Source: Thermoplasmata archaeon
GTDB lineage: Archaea > Thermoplasmatota > Thermoplasmata > Lutacidiplasmatales > UBA184
Reading direction: 5' to 3'
DNA: 64,000 nt
NCBI GenBank assembly: GCA_035623855.1
Contig: DASPSQ010000001.1
Coordinates: 46,092-110,091, forward strand
Shown: positions 17,937 through 27,093 of the stretch, piece after piece
Position numbering within the stretch: position 1 is the stretch's first letter
Layout of the letters: every line of letters begins with the position of its first letter
Made by a program: the position numbers and the translations under genes
Notes under the pieces: model-generated
What the model was told of the DNA's origin: nothing
Seen by the model: the letters and a program-made list of their open reading frames with translations, nothing else
Database searches by the model: none

Positions 17937-18324
17937 CTTCGTGGCTGAGGCGGCGGAGGACCTGCGGGTTCGGGGTGTGGGGCCCATTTTGCTCGCCTCG
18001 CACAGAATCTGCAGGCATAAGCCTCGCCTGCACCCAACGGTCCCGCTTCGCCGAGAGGCGACACGGACCCTAGGTTCGCCGTGCTCTCCCTCGGTGGTTT
18101 CCGGTAGGTCCGTCACGCGTTGCACACCAGGGACTCTCGGCTCCTCTCAAGGAACCGGTGGAGTGCCCGCCGACTCTCCTTCCCGGAGTGCTTCACTACC
18201 TCACCTACATGTTTTCAGGCATCACTTCTGTGGCCTGAGTACACGCCCGTGACACTCAGGCATGTGAGAACAACTCTCGCGACTCCGACGAAGTTATCCC
18301 GATAGGTCGCTCGGTGCGAAGCCC

Positions 18325-19260
18325 ATGGACGCACTCCTCGCGAAAAGCCTCTCCAAGACGTATCACGCCCGACAGGGGACGGTGAAGGCCCTCGACAACG
18401 TCGACATGGTGATTCGCAAGGGGCAGCTGTTCGGGTTCCTCGGTCGAAACGGAGCCGGGAAGACGACCTTCATCAAAATCGCCGCGGGGCTGCTTCTACC
18501 GACTTCCGGTTCAATGGAACTGTTCGGAATCGACGTGCTCAGGCAGCCGCGCGAGGTCCGAGAACGAATCGCCATTGTTCCGCAGGAGGGGAAGCCGTTC
18601 TACCACCTTACGCCGCGCGAGCACATCGAGGAGTACCTGCGGGTACGAGGCCGGGCGGCCGAGGCTGCGAAGAGCATCGCGGACGATCTTCTCCAAGCGA
18701 TGGGATTGGAGGCGTACTCGCACATCCCGGCGATGCTCCTCTCGGGGGGCCTCCAGCAACGAACGCTCGTGGCCATGGTCCTGGCAACCGGTGCCGACTT
18801 TCTCTTCCTCGACGAACCCACGCTCGGGATGGACCCCTTCGCTCGTCGACAAGTTTGGGATGTGATCCGCCGCGCCGGGCGCAACGGTTCGACGGTGTTG
18901 ATTACAACCCACTACCTCGACGAGGCCGAGCAGCTCACCGAGGAACTCGCCGTCATCGAGGGGGGACACGTTCTCTACAAGGGGAGTGCGGAGTCGCTCA
19001 AGTCCAAGGTTCGGAGAGAAGTGCGACTGCACTTCGACCGCGGCTTCACTTCGAAGGAGCTGGAATCCTTCGGGGAGGTCTACTCAGAACGCGGCGGTCT
19101 GACTCTGATGACCACTCGAGTCCATGCGGAGGAATTGACACGGGCTGCCCTGGAGCGCGGCATAGCGGTCAATGTCGGTCCGGTCACGCTCGAAGAAGCG
19201 TTCCTCACCCTCGTGGGCAAGAGCATCGAGGAAGACGAGCCCGGGGGTGCTTGGGCATGA
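18325..19260 (+). CDS. ABC transporter ATP-binding protein (ABC-2 exporter type)
   Basis: Walker A GRNGAGKTT, signature LSGGLQQR, Walker B FLFLDEPT. Confidence 0.9.
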   Translation: MDALLAKSLSKTYHARQGTVKALDNVDMVIRKGQLFGFLGRNGAGKTTFIKIAAGLLLPTSGSMELFGIDVLRQPREVRERIAIVPQEGKPFYHLTPREHIEEYLRVRGRAAEAAKSIADDLLQAMGLEAYSHIPAMLLSGGLQQRTLVAMVLATGADFLFLDEPTLGMDPFARRQVWDVIRRAGRNGSTVLITTHYLDEAEQLTEELAVIEGGHVLYKGSAESLKSKVRREVRLHFDRGFTSKELESFGEVYSERGGLTLMTTRVHAEELTRAALERGIAVNVGPVTLEEAFLTLVGKSIEEDEPGGAWA

Positions 19261-20021
19261 CGTGGAGGTCCCAGTCGAACGCGGTCCTACGGATCTGTTG
19301 GTTCAACGGGTTTCTGGGGTTGATGCGCAGTCCGCTGGTCTTTGTTGCGCTCTTCCTCACGCCTCTCAGCTTCCTGTTCTTCATCTACGTCCTAGCCCCG
19401 CGTGCGGAGCTGCCTTTTGGAGTGGTAGGAGGGCTGCTGTTCTCGTGCTTATTCACGGGTAGCGGGATGATGAACGATTGCGCCTACTTGCGGCTCGAGC
19501 GGCAAATGCAGCAGGTCTTCATCACAAGCCCGCTGCGGCCGATATCCTGGGTCCTCGGGATGGCCCTTAGCGAGCTCGTCTTCACCATCCCGGCTCTCGT
19601 GCTCTTCAGTATCGTCCTCGTCCTCGTCGTACCCATCAGCCTCCTCTCGTTCCTTGCCTTGGTGGGGGTGATCTTCCTCACCTGGCTGCTCGCGACCAGC
19701 CTCGGCTTCCTCCTGTCGACGTTCTTCCGCACGCTGCGGGAGATCTGGCCCATCGGGATGGTGGTGTTCACCACTCTTTCCGTACTCCCCCCGGTGTTCT
19801 ATCCGCTCGGCTACATTCCTGGCTCATTCCGGTGGGTGGCGTACATCGCTCCCTCGACCTTCGCTAGCCAACTCGCCGCTCGTGCCGCAGGACTGCCGGC
19901 GGCCTCGGTGCCCGCGTCCCCGCTTCTGTCGTCGGCTACCGGCGAACTGGTTGGACTGGTTCTCCTGACCGCACTCTTCATTGGGGTTGCCATGCGCTTC
20001 GCTCGATGGCGCGACCCTTAG
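19257..20021 (+). CDS. ABC-2 family transporter permease
   Basis: The ATG overlaps the ATPase stop as ATGA. Six predicted TM helices. It is the internal start of ORF-track 18855..20021. Confidence 0.75.
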   Translation: MTWRSQSNAVLRICWFNGFLGLMRSPLVFVALFLTPLSFLFFIYVLAPRAELPFGVVGGLLFSCLFTGSGMMNDCAYLRLERQMQQVFITSPLRPISWVLGMALSELVFTIPALVLFSIVLVLVVPISLLSFLALVGVIFLTWLLATSLGFLLSTFFRTLREIWPIGMVVFTTLSVLPPVFYPLGYIPGSFRWVAYIAPSTFASQLAARAAGLPAASVPASPLLSSATGELVGLVLLTALFIGVAMRFARWRDP

Positions 20022-20190
20022 AGATTGAAGTGCCAACACCAAGCGGTGTAGTCGCCGTTGAACTCTGCCACGCGTCGGGACGTGGACGCCCGATAGTCCG
20101 GACTTGGTTCGGTGCAACACCCTCGCACCCACTTCCCTGCCGGCCGTGGCTGAAGGTGCGAACGCCGCCGGCGCAACTCTGAGGCACCCC

Positions 20191-20463
20191 TCAACCGGAT
20201 CCGAGGTAAGCCCCGATGACCGCTACGATGCCTCCCACGACGATTGCCGCAACGCCGGCGACGAATCGCCACTCAAAGAGCAACGTGGCGCCAACGGCGA
20301 CCACCGAGAATCCCGCAATCAGCAGTACGAGATCGATCCGGGACGGAGATTCGGGCCGGAGAGCCGCCATTCGGCCGCTGCATCGGCTACACACTTCCGC
20401 CGCGGCCGGGTTGGACGCACCGCAGGACGGGCAGATGGTTAGCTCGGGGGGTGCCAGTGACAT
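20191..20463 (-). CDS. zinc-ribbon membrane protein
   Basis: CPSCG...CSRCSG zinc ribbon followed by two TM helices (LVLLIAGFSVVAVGATLLF; VAAIVVGGIVAVIGAYL). Confidence 0.45.
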   Translation of the reverse strand: MSLAPPELTICPSCGASNPAAAEVCSRCSGRMAALRPESPSRIDLVLLIAGFSVVAVGATLLFEWRFVAGVAAIVVGGIVAVIGAYLGSG

Positions 20464-20697
20464 TCGCGATGGGGCTAGGGGCGGCAGGAGCTTGATGGTT
20501 CGCTTTCAACCAATCTCGGGCCCGGGGTAAGCCTGACGGAGCCCGACCTCACCACGGACGAAGCCCTGGACTTCGCCGATTCTGCTTGCATGGATGCGAT
20601 TCCCCTACACCTACCCAGACCGAGTGGGTGCAAGCCCCTTTTCACTAACTCGGCCGAGATTGCGTCGCACGACGCTTTTACATCCAGCGAGGAGAGG

Positions 20698-21018
20698 CTA
20701 CCGTACCCAACTGCCCTCAACGTAGGTGAAGATCACCAGTCGGCATTTCTGGCAGCGCCAGGCCACGAACCGGGGCCGCTTCCCGAAGAGCGGACCAAAC
20801 ACGATCTCAGTGAACGGCACCGCTTGTCTTTGATCCGAATAGCCTCTCTCGCTGGGTTGCACAGATTCAGGAACCCATCCGATAGTCGCGGGAAACTGCT
20901 GCAGGGAGGCCGTGCTAATCATCCCCATGACATGGCCTGGTTCCATCACTTGCTTGCATTCGGGGCAGGTCCGGACCTGGACCTCCCGGGTCTCGGTCGC
21001 CACCTGACCCATGTCCAT
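20698..21018 (-). CDS. zinc-ribbon domain protein
   Basis: CPECKQ...CQKCRL pair of CxxC motifs. 106 aa. Confidence 0.4.
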   Translation of the reverse strand: MDMGQVATETREVQVRTCPECKQVMEPGHVMGMISTASLQQFPATIGWVPESVQPSERGYSDQRQAVPFTEIVFGPLFGKRPRFVAWRCQKCRLVIFTYVEGSWVR

Positions 21019-21187
21019 CTCCCGAAGGGTATGGGGGATTAGGGGGACGACACAATAGAAGTTTCCCGCCTCGCGGCCGACGGCCCACCGTGCCTGCCGT
21101 GGCTCAAGCCTTCGGAAACCGACGAACTCATCACCCTGAGGCGCAACGACCCTGGCACCCGCGCGGTCTTGGCCCCCAGGCCGGGGT

Positions 21188-21982
21188 TTAGGCGAAAAGG
21201 TCCTCGAGCGGATTTTCCATCTCGCGTGCTTCGCGGATCTTGACGCCCTGGGCCATCAGTTCGTGGAGGATCGAAGGGACTTCCTCGGGCCCCGAAAGCT
21301 CCCTCAGGTAGTACTCGCCCTCGTGGTCGTAGCTCGCGAGGGCCGGCGACGGTTCGAGCACCCTTATCCCGAGCACGAAGCGCGAACCCCGGACGTTCTC
21401 GATCCGGTCGAATCGGGCAATCATGCCCGATTTGATCACGAGAACGTATCGCCCGATCTCGCGCGCCTCGAAGAGGTTGTGCGAGGAATACAAAACGACC
21501 TTCTCTCGGCTCAGTTTCAGGATGAGTTCCCGGATTTCGCGGGCCAGTTTGGGGTCGAGATTGGCGGTCGGCTCGTCGAGAAGGTAGATGGAACGTTCTC
21601 GGAGGAAAATGCGGGCGATTGAGACCCGTTTGCGTTGGCCCGCACTGAGCTGCGACGGGAACTTCGCGCTGAGGTCCCGAATCTCGAGCTGGTCGAGGAC
21701 GCGATCCACATCCTGGGGTCGAGCGCCCTCGGCCCGGGCGAAGAACTCGAGGGCCTCGCGGACCTGAAGACCGTCCGGCAATCCGTCCATGTGGGTGAGA
21801 TAGTGCAGACGGTCGCGGGACGACTGCCGGTCGATCGGCTCTCCGCCCACGTACACCTCGCCTTCGTAGGGGCGTAGGATTCCCGCTAGCGTTCGGAACA
21901 GCGTGGTCTTTCCCGCGCCGTTCGGCCCCAGTACCACGTAGATCGACGGCTCCGTGATCCGGAACGAGACCTGGTGAAGCAC
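21188..21982 (-). CDS. ABC transporter ATP-binding protein
   Basis: GPNGAGKTTLFRTLAG, LSAGQRKRVSIARIF, YLLDEPTANLD. Confidence 0.9.
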   Translation of the reverse strand: MLHQVSFRITEPSIYVVLGPNGAGKTTLFRTLAGILRPYEGEVYVGGEPIDRQSSRDRLHYLTHMDGLPDGLQVREALEFFARAEGARPQDVDRVLDQLEIRDLSAKFPSQLSAGQRKRVSIARIFLRERSIYLLDEPTANLDPKLAREIRELILKLSREKVVLYSSHNLFEAREIGRYVLVIKSGMIARFDRIENVRGSRFVLGIRVLEPSPALASYDHEGEYYLRELSGPEEVPSILHELMAQGVKIREAREMENPLEDLFA

Positions 21983-22100
21983 CTTCGAGCCGAGGTAACC
22001 AGCCGTGACGGACCGACAATCGATTCCGACCCCACCGTCGACCCGATCGGAATTATTCGCCAGGGTCCCGGAAGAGCTCGTGGACAGCTGACCCCACCCC

Positions 22101-22826
22101 CTAGGCCGGCGAGAGGAAACGCTCTCGCCGGAGGAGCCTCCCCATGCTCACCAATAGGACGATGACAAGAATCGCTACGAGCCCCATCGCGGAACCGAGG
22201 ACTAGGAGCAGAGTGTCCGTCGATAAGGGGCCGGAACGAGACATGGTTACGATCACGAAAAGGGTCACCAGAGCGGGAAGAATTCCGATAAACGGGATGA
22301 GTCCAATCGGGCTGTTGATCCCTTGCCGGGGAGAGGAGAGCGTCGTCCAATAAACCCCGACGGTCGACGCGAACGCCGCGCAGGAGAACGCCATCGGGAC
22401 CGCGTACAGTCCGACGGCGATCTCTAAGTCGCTCGTGACGGAGAATCCCTTGGCGAAATATACCCCGAGGCTCACGGTGACGCCCAGCCCTACGACAATG
22501 CTGACCAGGACCAGCGTCGTGAGTAGGACGTTCGCAAACAGTCTCCGCGGCGAGTAACCGTAGGCGATCAGGTACTCCAGTACACCTTTCGTCCGGTCGC
22601 TCGTGAAGACGAGCAGCCCTCCCATCGACCCGACGACGCCGAAGATGGGAACAAAGAGGGAGAACGAGGACGCAAACGCCGAGCCCGAGAGGTAGGCAAG
22701 GACGACCCCGAGCAGGACGCTGATGGCGGTCCCATAGACGAGGAAGAAACGACCTGAGATCGAAGCCCTGCGGACCGTGGTGGAGAGGAGAGAGCGAGGG
22801 ACGTACTCGGTCTGCGGCCCGGTCAT
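22101..22826 (-). CDS. ABC-2 type transporter permease
   Basis: 241 aa with six hydrophobic helices. It lies upstream, in the same direction, of the ATPase at 21188..21982. Confidence 0.7.
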   Translation of the reverse strand: MTGPQTEYVPRSLLSTTVRRASISGRFFLVYGTAISVLLGVVLAYLSGSAFASSFSLFVPIFGVVGSMGGLLVFTSDRTKGVLEYLIAYGYSPRRLFANVLLTTLVLVSIVVGLGVTVSLGVYFAKGFSVTSDLEIAVGLYAVPMAFSCAAFASTVGVYWTTLSSPRQGINSPIGLIPFIGILPALVTLFVIVTMSRSGPLSTDTLLLVLGSAMGLVAILVIVLLVSMGRLLRRERFLSPA

Positions 22827-23060
22827 CTTCCGCGGTCAATCTCGCGTTGCCGATAAGCGATTCGTGGACCCCTGGACCCCGATTTTCGTTCAGGATGGGC
22901 AACGCGTGTTGCACGTTGACCTAGGTGAAAGTCCCGGTGCAGCTACCCTCGGACAAAACGCATCGGGGAGGCGGGAGCTCGTGCTCCCCTATCGAACGAA
23001 TCTGCGAATCGTGCGAAGGTCTTCTTAACCGACACACGATACCGCTCCGAGAGGCCCACC

Positions 23061-23273
23061 ATGGTGCAGCGAGTGACCGAAGTCGTTGGAATCCATCCGG
23101 AGAGCTTTGCCCACGCCGTGCAGAACGCCGTGACCACCGCATCCCACACGGTGCGCGACATGAAGTGGTTCCGGGTGTCCGAATTCGAGGGAGCCATCCA
23201 CGACGGCAAAGTGACGGAGTTCCGTGCCCTCGTGAGAATCTACTTCGACTACGAAGAAAAGGGACATCCGTAG
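23061..23273 (+). CDS. dodecin (small flavin-binding protein)
   Basis: 70 aa: VQRVTEVVGIHPESFAHAVQNAVTTASHTVRDMKWFRVSEFEGAIHDGKVTEFRALVRIYFDYEE matches the dodecin fold consensus (..W.EV.E.RG.I.DG.V..FQV...VGF). Confidence 0.75.
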   Translation: MVQRVTEVVGIHPESFAHAVQNAVTTASHTVRDMKWFRVSEFEGAIHDGKVTEFRALVRIYFDYEEKGHP

Positions 23274-23501
23274 ACTGAGCCCGCAAGGGTGCCTGGATGG
23301 ACCCGACCTATCGGGATCCGGGTTCCACATCTGGGAGTCTCCGACCCCACGTTCGATCGCACGCGAACCGTTTGCCGAGCTCCGGTCATCGCCTCCTGCT
23401 GCGGGACGCGTACCCTGCCTCGCCTACGCGCCATCGACGGATGGGGGTCCGGACCGTCTCCCCCTACGCGCCGGCCTCGGCGGGATCGTACGGGGTCGCG
23501 G

Positions 23502-24278
23502 CTATTCCCAACGGAAGAAGCGTACAGCGATGAATGCGAAAATGACGGTGTACACCACCATGGTCACGAGGGTGGTGTACGGCGGTACGGCGTTGAACAC
23601 CGAATACAGGATCGCCCGAACGGCCGCTCCCGTGGGGGAGTAGTACATGATGGTCGCTAACGCACCTCCGACCTGAACCGGCTGGACCCATAGCCCCGAC
23701 AGGAACATCAGAGGAAAGACAAACCCGCCCGCGATGTATTCGGCGGCTTGCTGCGACGGAGCGATCGCCGCCACCACCATACCGAGCGAGAACATCTCCA
23801 CAATCGCCAGGAACGCAATCCCCACAAACTCGACTCCCACGGTCAGCGGAGCCCCGAAAATCGCGATGGTGACGATCAGCAGGAAGGCGGTGGCGACCGC
23901 CGCGATGATCAGGTTCAGCAGCAGCTGAGCGGCGAGCAACATCGATGGTGGGATTGGCGTGGTGGATACTCGGCGAAGCCAGCCGATTTCTCGGTCCCTC
24001 GCAAACGTGGCCGGTAGGCCGAGTAGGCCGATCGCGATGTACGAGATGACCAGGATAGTCGGGGTCCAGAGTTCGAGGATCGTCAGCCCGGAGCCGGCGA
24101 CCTCCCCGGGATTCAGGCGCCCGATGGCCCAAAACACCACGAGCAGGGCGGTGGGCAGGACGAGGCCGGTAAAGATGTACCGTTGCCGCAAGGCGAGGCG
24201 CCACTGCACTTTGAGAAGTTCGGAAAACGCACCTCGCGTACGTTCCCGCGTGCGGCTGGGACTCGGGTCGGAGGTCAC
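23502..24278 (-). CDS. ABC-2 type transporter permease
   Basis: 258 aa with six TM helices. It overlaps the upstream ATPase gene by 4 nt. Confidence 0.7.
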   Translation of the reverse strand: MTSDPSPSRTRERTRGAFSELLKVQWRLALRQRYIFTGLVLPTALLVVFWAIGRLNPGEVAGSGLTILELWTPTILVISYIAIGLLGLPATFARDREIGWLRRVSTTPIPPSMLLAAQLLLNLIIAAVATAFLLIVTIAIFGAPLTVGVEFVGIAFLAIVEMFSLGMVVAAIAPSQQAAEYIAGGFVFPLMFLSGLWVQPVQVGGALATIMYYSPTGAAVRAILYSVFNAVPPYTTLVTMVVYTVIFAFIAVRFFRWE

Positions 24279-25246
24279 GCGGAGTCACGCTCCTCCGGAC
24301 CGGCGTTTCGGGTCAGCTTCACAAAGGCGTCGTCGAGGTTTCCCTTCCGGGCCTCGAGTTCGGAGACGCTCACGCCAGCCTTCCTCAAAGCGTCGAGGAC
24401 GGAGGTCGCGAGGTCGCCCGTGCCCGTGACGGTGATATACCGGTCTTTGCGCTCGATCGTTTCGACGCCCGGAATCGCCCGGAGGGTCGAGTCGTCGACG
24501 GGCACGGACGGAACGAATCGCACTCGGACCCCTCCCACGCGCGCGGTGATCGCCTCCGGAGTGTCCAAGACCCGTACGACGCCATGATCGATGAGGGCGA
24601 GCCGGTCGCACAAACGTTCGGCCTCGTCCATGAAGTGGGTGACGAGAATCACCGTGACACCACGCTCCCGGATGTGTTCGATAAGGTCCCATGTCTCTCG
24701 TCGAGCCTCCGGGTCGAGTCCGGTGGTCAGTTCGTCGAGGATGGCAATCCTCGGGTTGCCCACGAGGGCGAGCGCGATGGAGAGTCGTTGTTTCTGACCC
24801 CCCGACAACTTTTGGAATTGCTTCTGCTTCAGCTCCCCGATGCCCAGCGACTCGAGCAGTCGATCCGGCGTCAGCGGGTCCCGGTAGAACGAGGCGAACA
24901 GTTCGACGGCCTCGCCCACCGTGATGATCGGCGGCAGAGCGCCTTCCTGCAGCTGGACCCCCACGAATTCCCGCATCTTCTTACGGTCCGTCCGGGGAGA
25001 AAGCCCATCGACGAAGATCTGACCGGAATCCGGGACTCGGAGCCCCGAGATGCACTCCACCGTAGTCGTCTTGCCGGCACCGTTGGGTCCGACGATCCCG
25101 AAAATCTCGCCCTTCCGGATCGAGAACGAGACGTCGTTGACCGCCACGAGGTCGCCGTATCGCTTGACCAAGTGTTGTACCGCGACAATCGGTCCGGGCT
25201 CGGTCGGCGCTACCGACGCTTCCCCCGGGGCCTTGTCTGCGCTCAT
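24275..25246 (-). CDS. ABC transporter ATP-binding protein
   Basis: GPNGAGKTTTVECISG, LSGGQKQRLSIALAL, ILDELTTGLD. The start is taken at the internal ATG (MSADKAP..) of ORF-track 24275..25426. Confidence 0.85.
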   Translation of the reverse strand: MSADKAPGEASVAPTEPGPIVAVQHLVKRYGDLVAVNDVSFSIRKGEIFGIVGPNGAGKTTTVECISGLRVPDSGQIFVDGLSPRTDRKKMREFVGVQLQEGALPPIITVGEAVELFASFYRDPLTPDRLLESLGIGELKQKQFQKLSGGQKQRLSIALALVGNPRIAILDELTTGLDPEARRETWDLIEHIRERGVTVILVTHFMDEAERLCDRLALIDHGVVRVLDTPEAITARVGGVRVRFVPSVPVDDSTLRAIPGVETIERKDRYITVTGTGDLATSVLDALRKAGVSVSELEARKGNLDDAFVKLTRNAGPEERDSA

Positions 25247-25599
25247 AGGCTCGCCGCGGCTGCGGCCGAGGGGCGGGTGTCTACTTGAGTTGATGCCACC
25301 CGCGGTCGAATATATGGGCGAGAGAACTTCGTACGTTCCGGATTGCGAATCGACGCACGAACTCGCCGGCCCCTGAACGACCGCCGACGGGGACATGGAT
25401 CGTTGCGGAGACCTCCTTTCCAACACTTTTCGACCATCCGTAGGCAGCTTGAGTCAAGCGACCTCGAAGCTGCTCGAGAGCTCCGTTGTTCCGGGGAAGG
25501 CCCGGCCGCCGCAAACTTCGATTTCGCTGCGCTCTCGTTCCCCGAAAGACTAACTAGACCTGCTTCCATTTGCGGAAAGGCGCAGGGGAGCGGAAGACG

Positions 25600-26409
25600 A
25601 TGGTCGGAGCCGTTCCGACCGCCGGCACGACCGGGGAACGGCGGAAATTCTACCTCGCGGTGATCGTCGGCGTCGTCATTGCGGCGGGCGTGCTCATCTA
25701 TGCGGCCGCCCCCGCACCGTACGGGCTGGGAGCTTTCGAGTCCAAGTCGAAGGGCGCGCCCGCCCACATCGGTTCCAGCATCGCGGTTCAGTGCTCCTCC
25801 TCGCCCTGCACGGAGTCCATTCCCGTGACGGCGAACTCGATTCTGTTCATGGGATTCGGGTACACCGAGGCGCAGGCTGTGGCCGGGACGATGAGCATCC
25901 ACGGTTACCCGTTCACCATTGCCGACGAATACACCCAACAGAACTTCGGAGCGCCGTCCGTACAGGCCGGTTTCTACTACTGGGTCATCAACACGACGGC
26001 CACGGTAACGGTGTATCTCAACTACTCGACCCCGGCCATCTCCGACCTATCGCTGGAGGACTTCACCGGCATGGCGGTCGCTTCGCTCCCGAGCATCTTC
26101 GTGATGGGGGACGGGAGCGGCCTCTCCGTGGGACCCACGACCTCGGACATCTGCGATTTGGGGACCACCTACGAAGCGGCTGAGACCGTGGTCGTGGTGA
26201 CGATGACCGGCACCTACCAATCGAGTTCCCTTATTCCCGAGAGCTCGCCCATCTCCGCATCGGTCCTTCCGGGAGAGGTCTCGACCGGTAGTGGCGCACT
26301 GCTCGGGGAGTACGGGCTCCTTGCCTCTCAGGCTCCCACGGAGGTAACTGCGACGCTTGCCTCTGTGTCGCCGTACGCTACCGTCTGCCTCGCCCTCATC
26401 CCGGCCTGA
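25600..26409 (+). CDS. membrane-anchored/secreted hypothetical protein
   Basis: N-terminal TM anchor FYLAVIVGVVIAAGVLIYAAA followed by a Thr/Ser-rich ectodomain. The ATG at 25600 is preceded by ggggagcgg. Confidence 0.45.
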   Translation: MVGAVPTAGTTGERRKFYLAVIVGVVIAAGVLIYAAAPAPYGLGAFESKSKGAPAHIGSSIAVQCSSSPCTESIPVTANSILFMGFGYTEAQAVAGTMSIHGYPFTIADEYTQQNFGAPSVQAGFYYWVINTTATVTVYLNYSTPAISDLSLEDFTGMAVASLPSIFVMGDGSGLSVGPTTSDICDLGTTYEAAETVVVVTMTGTYQSSSLIPESSPISASVLPGEVSTGSGALLGEYGLLASQAPTEVTATLASVSPYATVCLALIPA

Positions 26410-26559
26410 GACCCAGCGCCGCGGGTGCTTGTCGGTCCACACGGTCAATCTTCTCTGGCGGAGTGGGCGGTCCCGGCGCATGTCTAGGGCAAGCCCCACC
26501 GATCCTCAGCTCGAAGAGAGGAGAAGCTCTATGATGGAGTTCGCCTCCGTTCAGCACCC

Positions 26560-26991
26560 ATGTCTCCCATCTTGAAGGTGCCTAGTCGCTACGCGCGCAC
26601 CCTGAAACTTTTCACCTCCGCTTGGAACACGGACGACGTTAAGGAGCGAACGCGGTTCGTGAGGGCGACGTGCTCCCCTAGGTTGGAAGTCTCAAGCCCC
26701 TACGGAGTGCTCCGTGGAGTCCGGGCCCAATTGGACTCCATCGCCGAGGTGCGCGCGCAGTTTCCCCGTCTCCGGACCGGAGGATCGCTACTTGGCGCAC
26801 ACCACCGGGTCGTTCTATCGGCGTGGTGGACAACGTTCGGAGGAGCACGCCCCGCCCTGACGGGGATGGACTGTTACGAGTTCGACCAACGGGGGAAAGT
26901 CGTTCGGGTCGTATCCTTCTCGCCGGTGTCGCCACCACGTGTTGCCCGAAGGGGGACGGCATCCGCTCGGCCCACGAAGCGCTCACGTTAG
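26560..26991 (+). CDS. hypothetical protein, possibly NTF2/SnoaL-like fold
   Basis: 143-aa ORF. The assignment is weak. Confidence 0.25.
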   Translation: MSPILKVPSRYARTLKLFTSAWNTDDVKERTRFVRATCSPRLEVSSPYGVLRGVRAQLDSIAEVRAQFPRLRTGGSLLGAHHRVVLSAWWTTFGGARPALTGMDCYEFDQRGKVVRVVSFSPVSPPRVARRGTASARPTKRSR

Positions 26992-27093
26992 CGCACGGCC
27001 GTCGGTAATTCTCTCGCGGCAGGCGGTAAGCCCGAGGTTCTCCACCAAAGCAGATCCGGCCCCTGTTAACTAGACGAGAACCATCGACGGGTC

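Noticed and set aside
21886-22914. 342-aa minus-strand ORF
   Set aside because: It overlaps the ABC ATPase and permease genes out of frame. The Walker motifs and TM helices are in the other frames.
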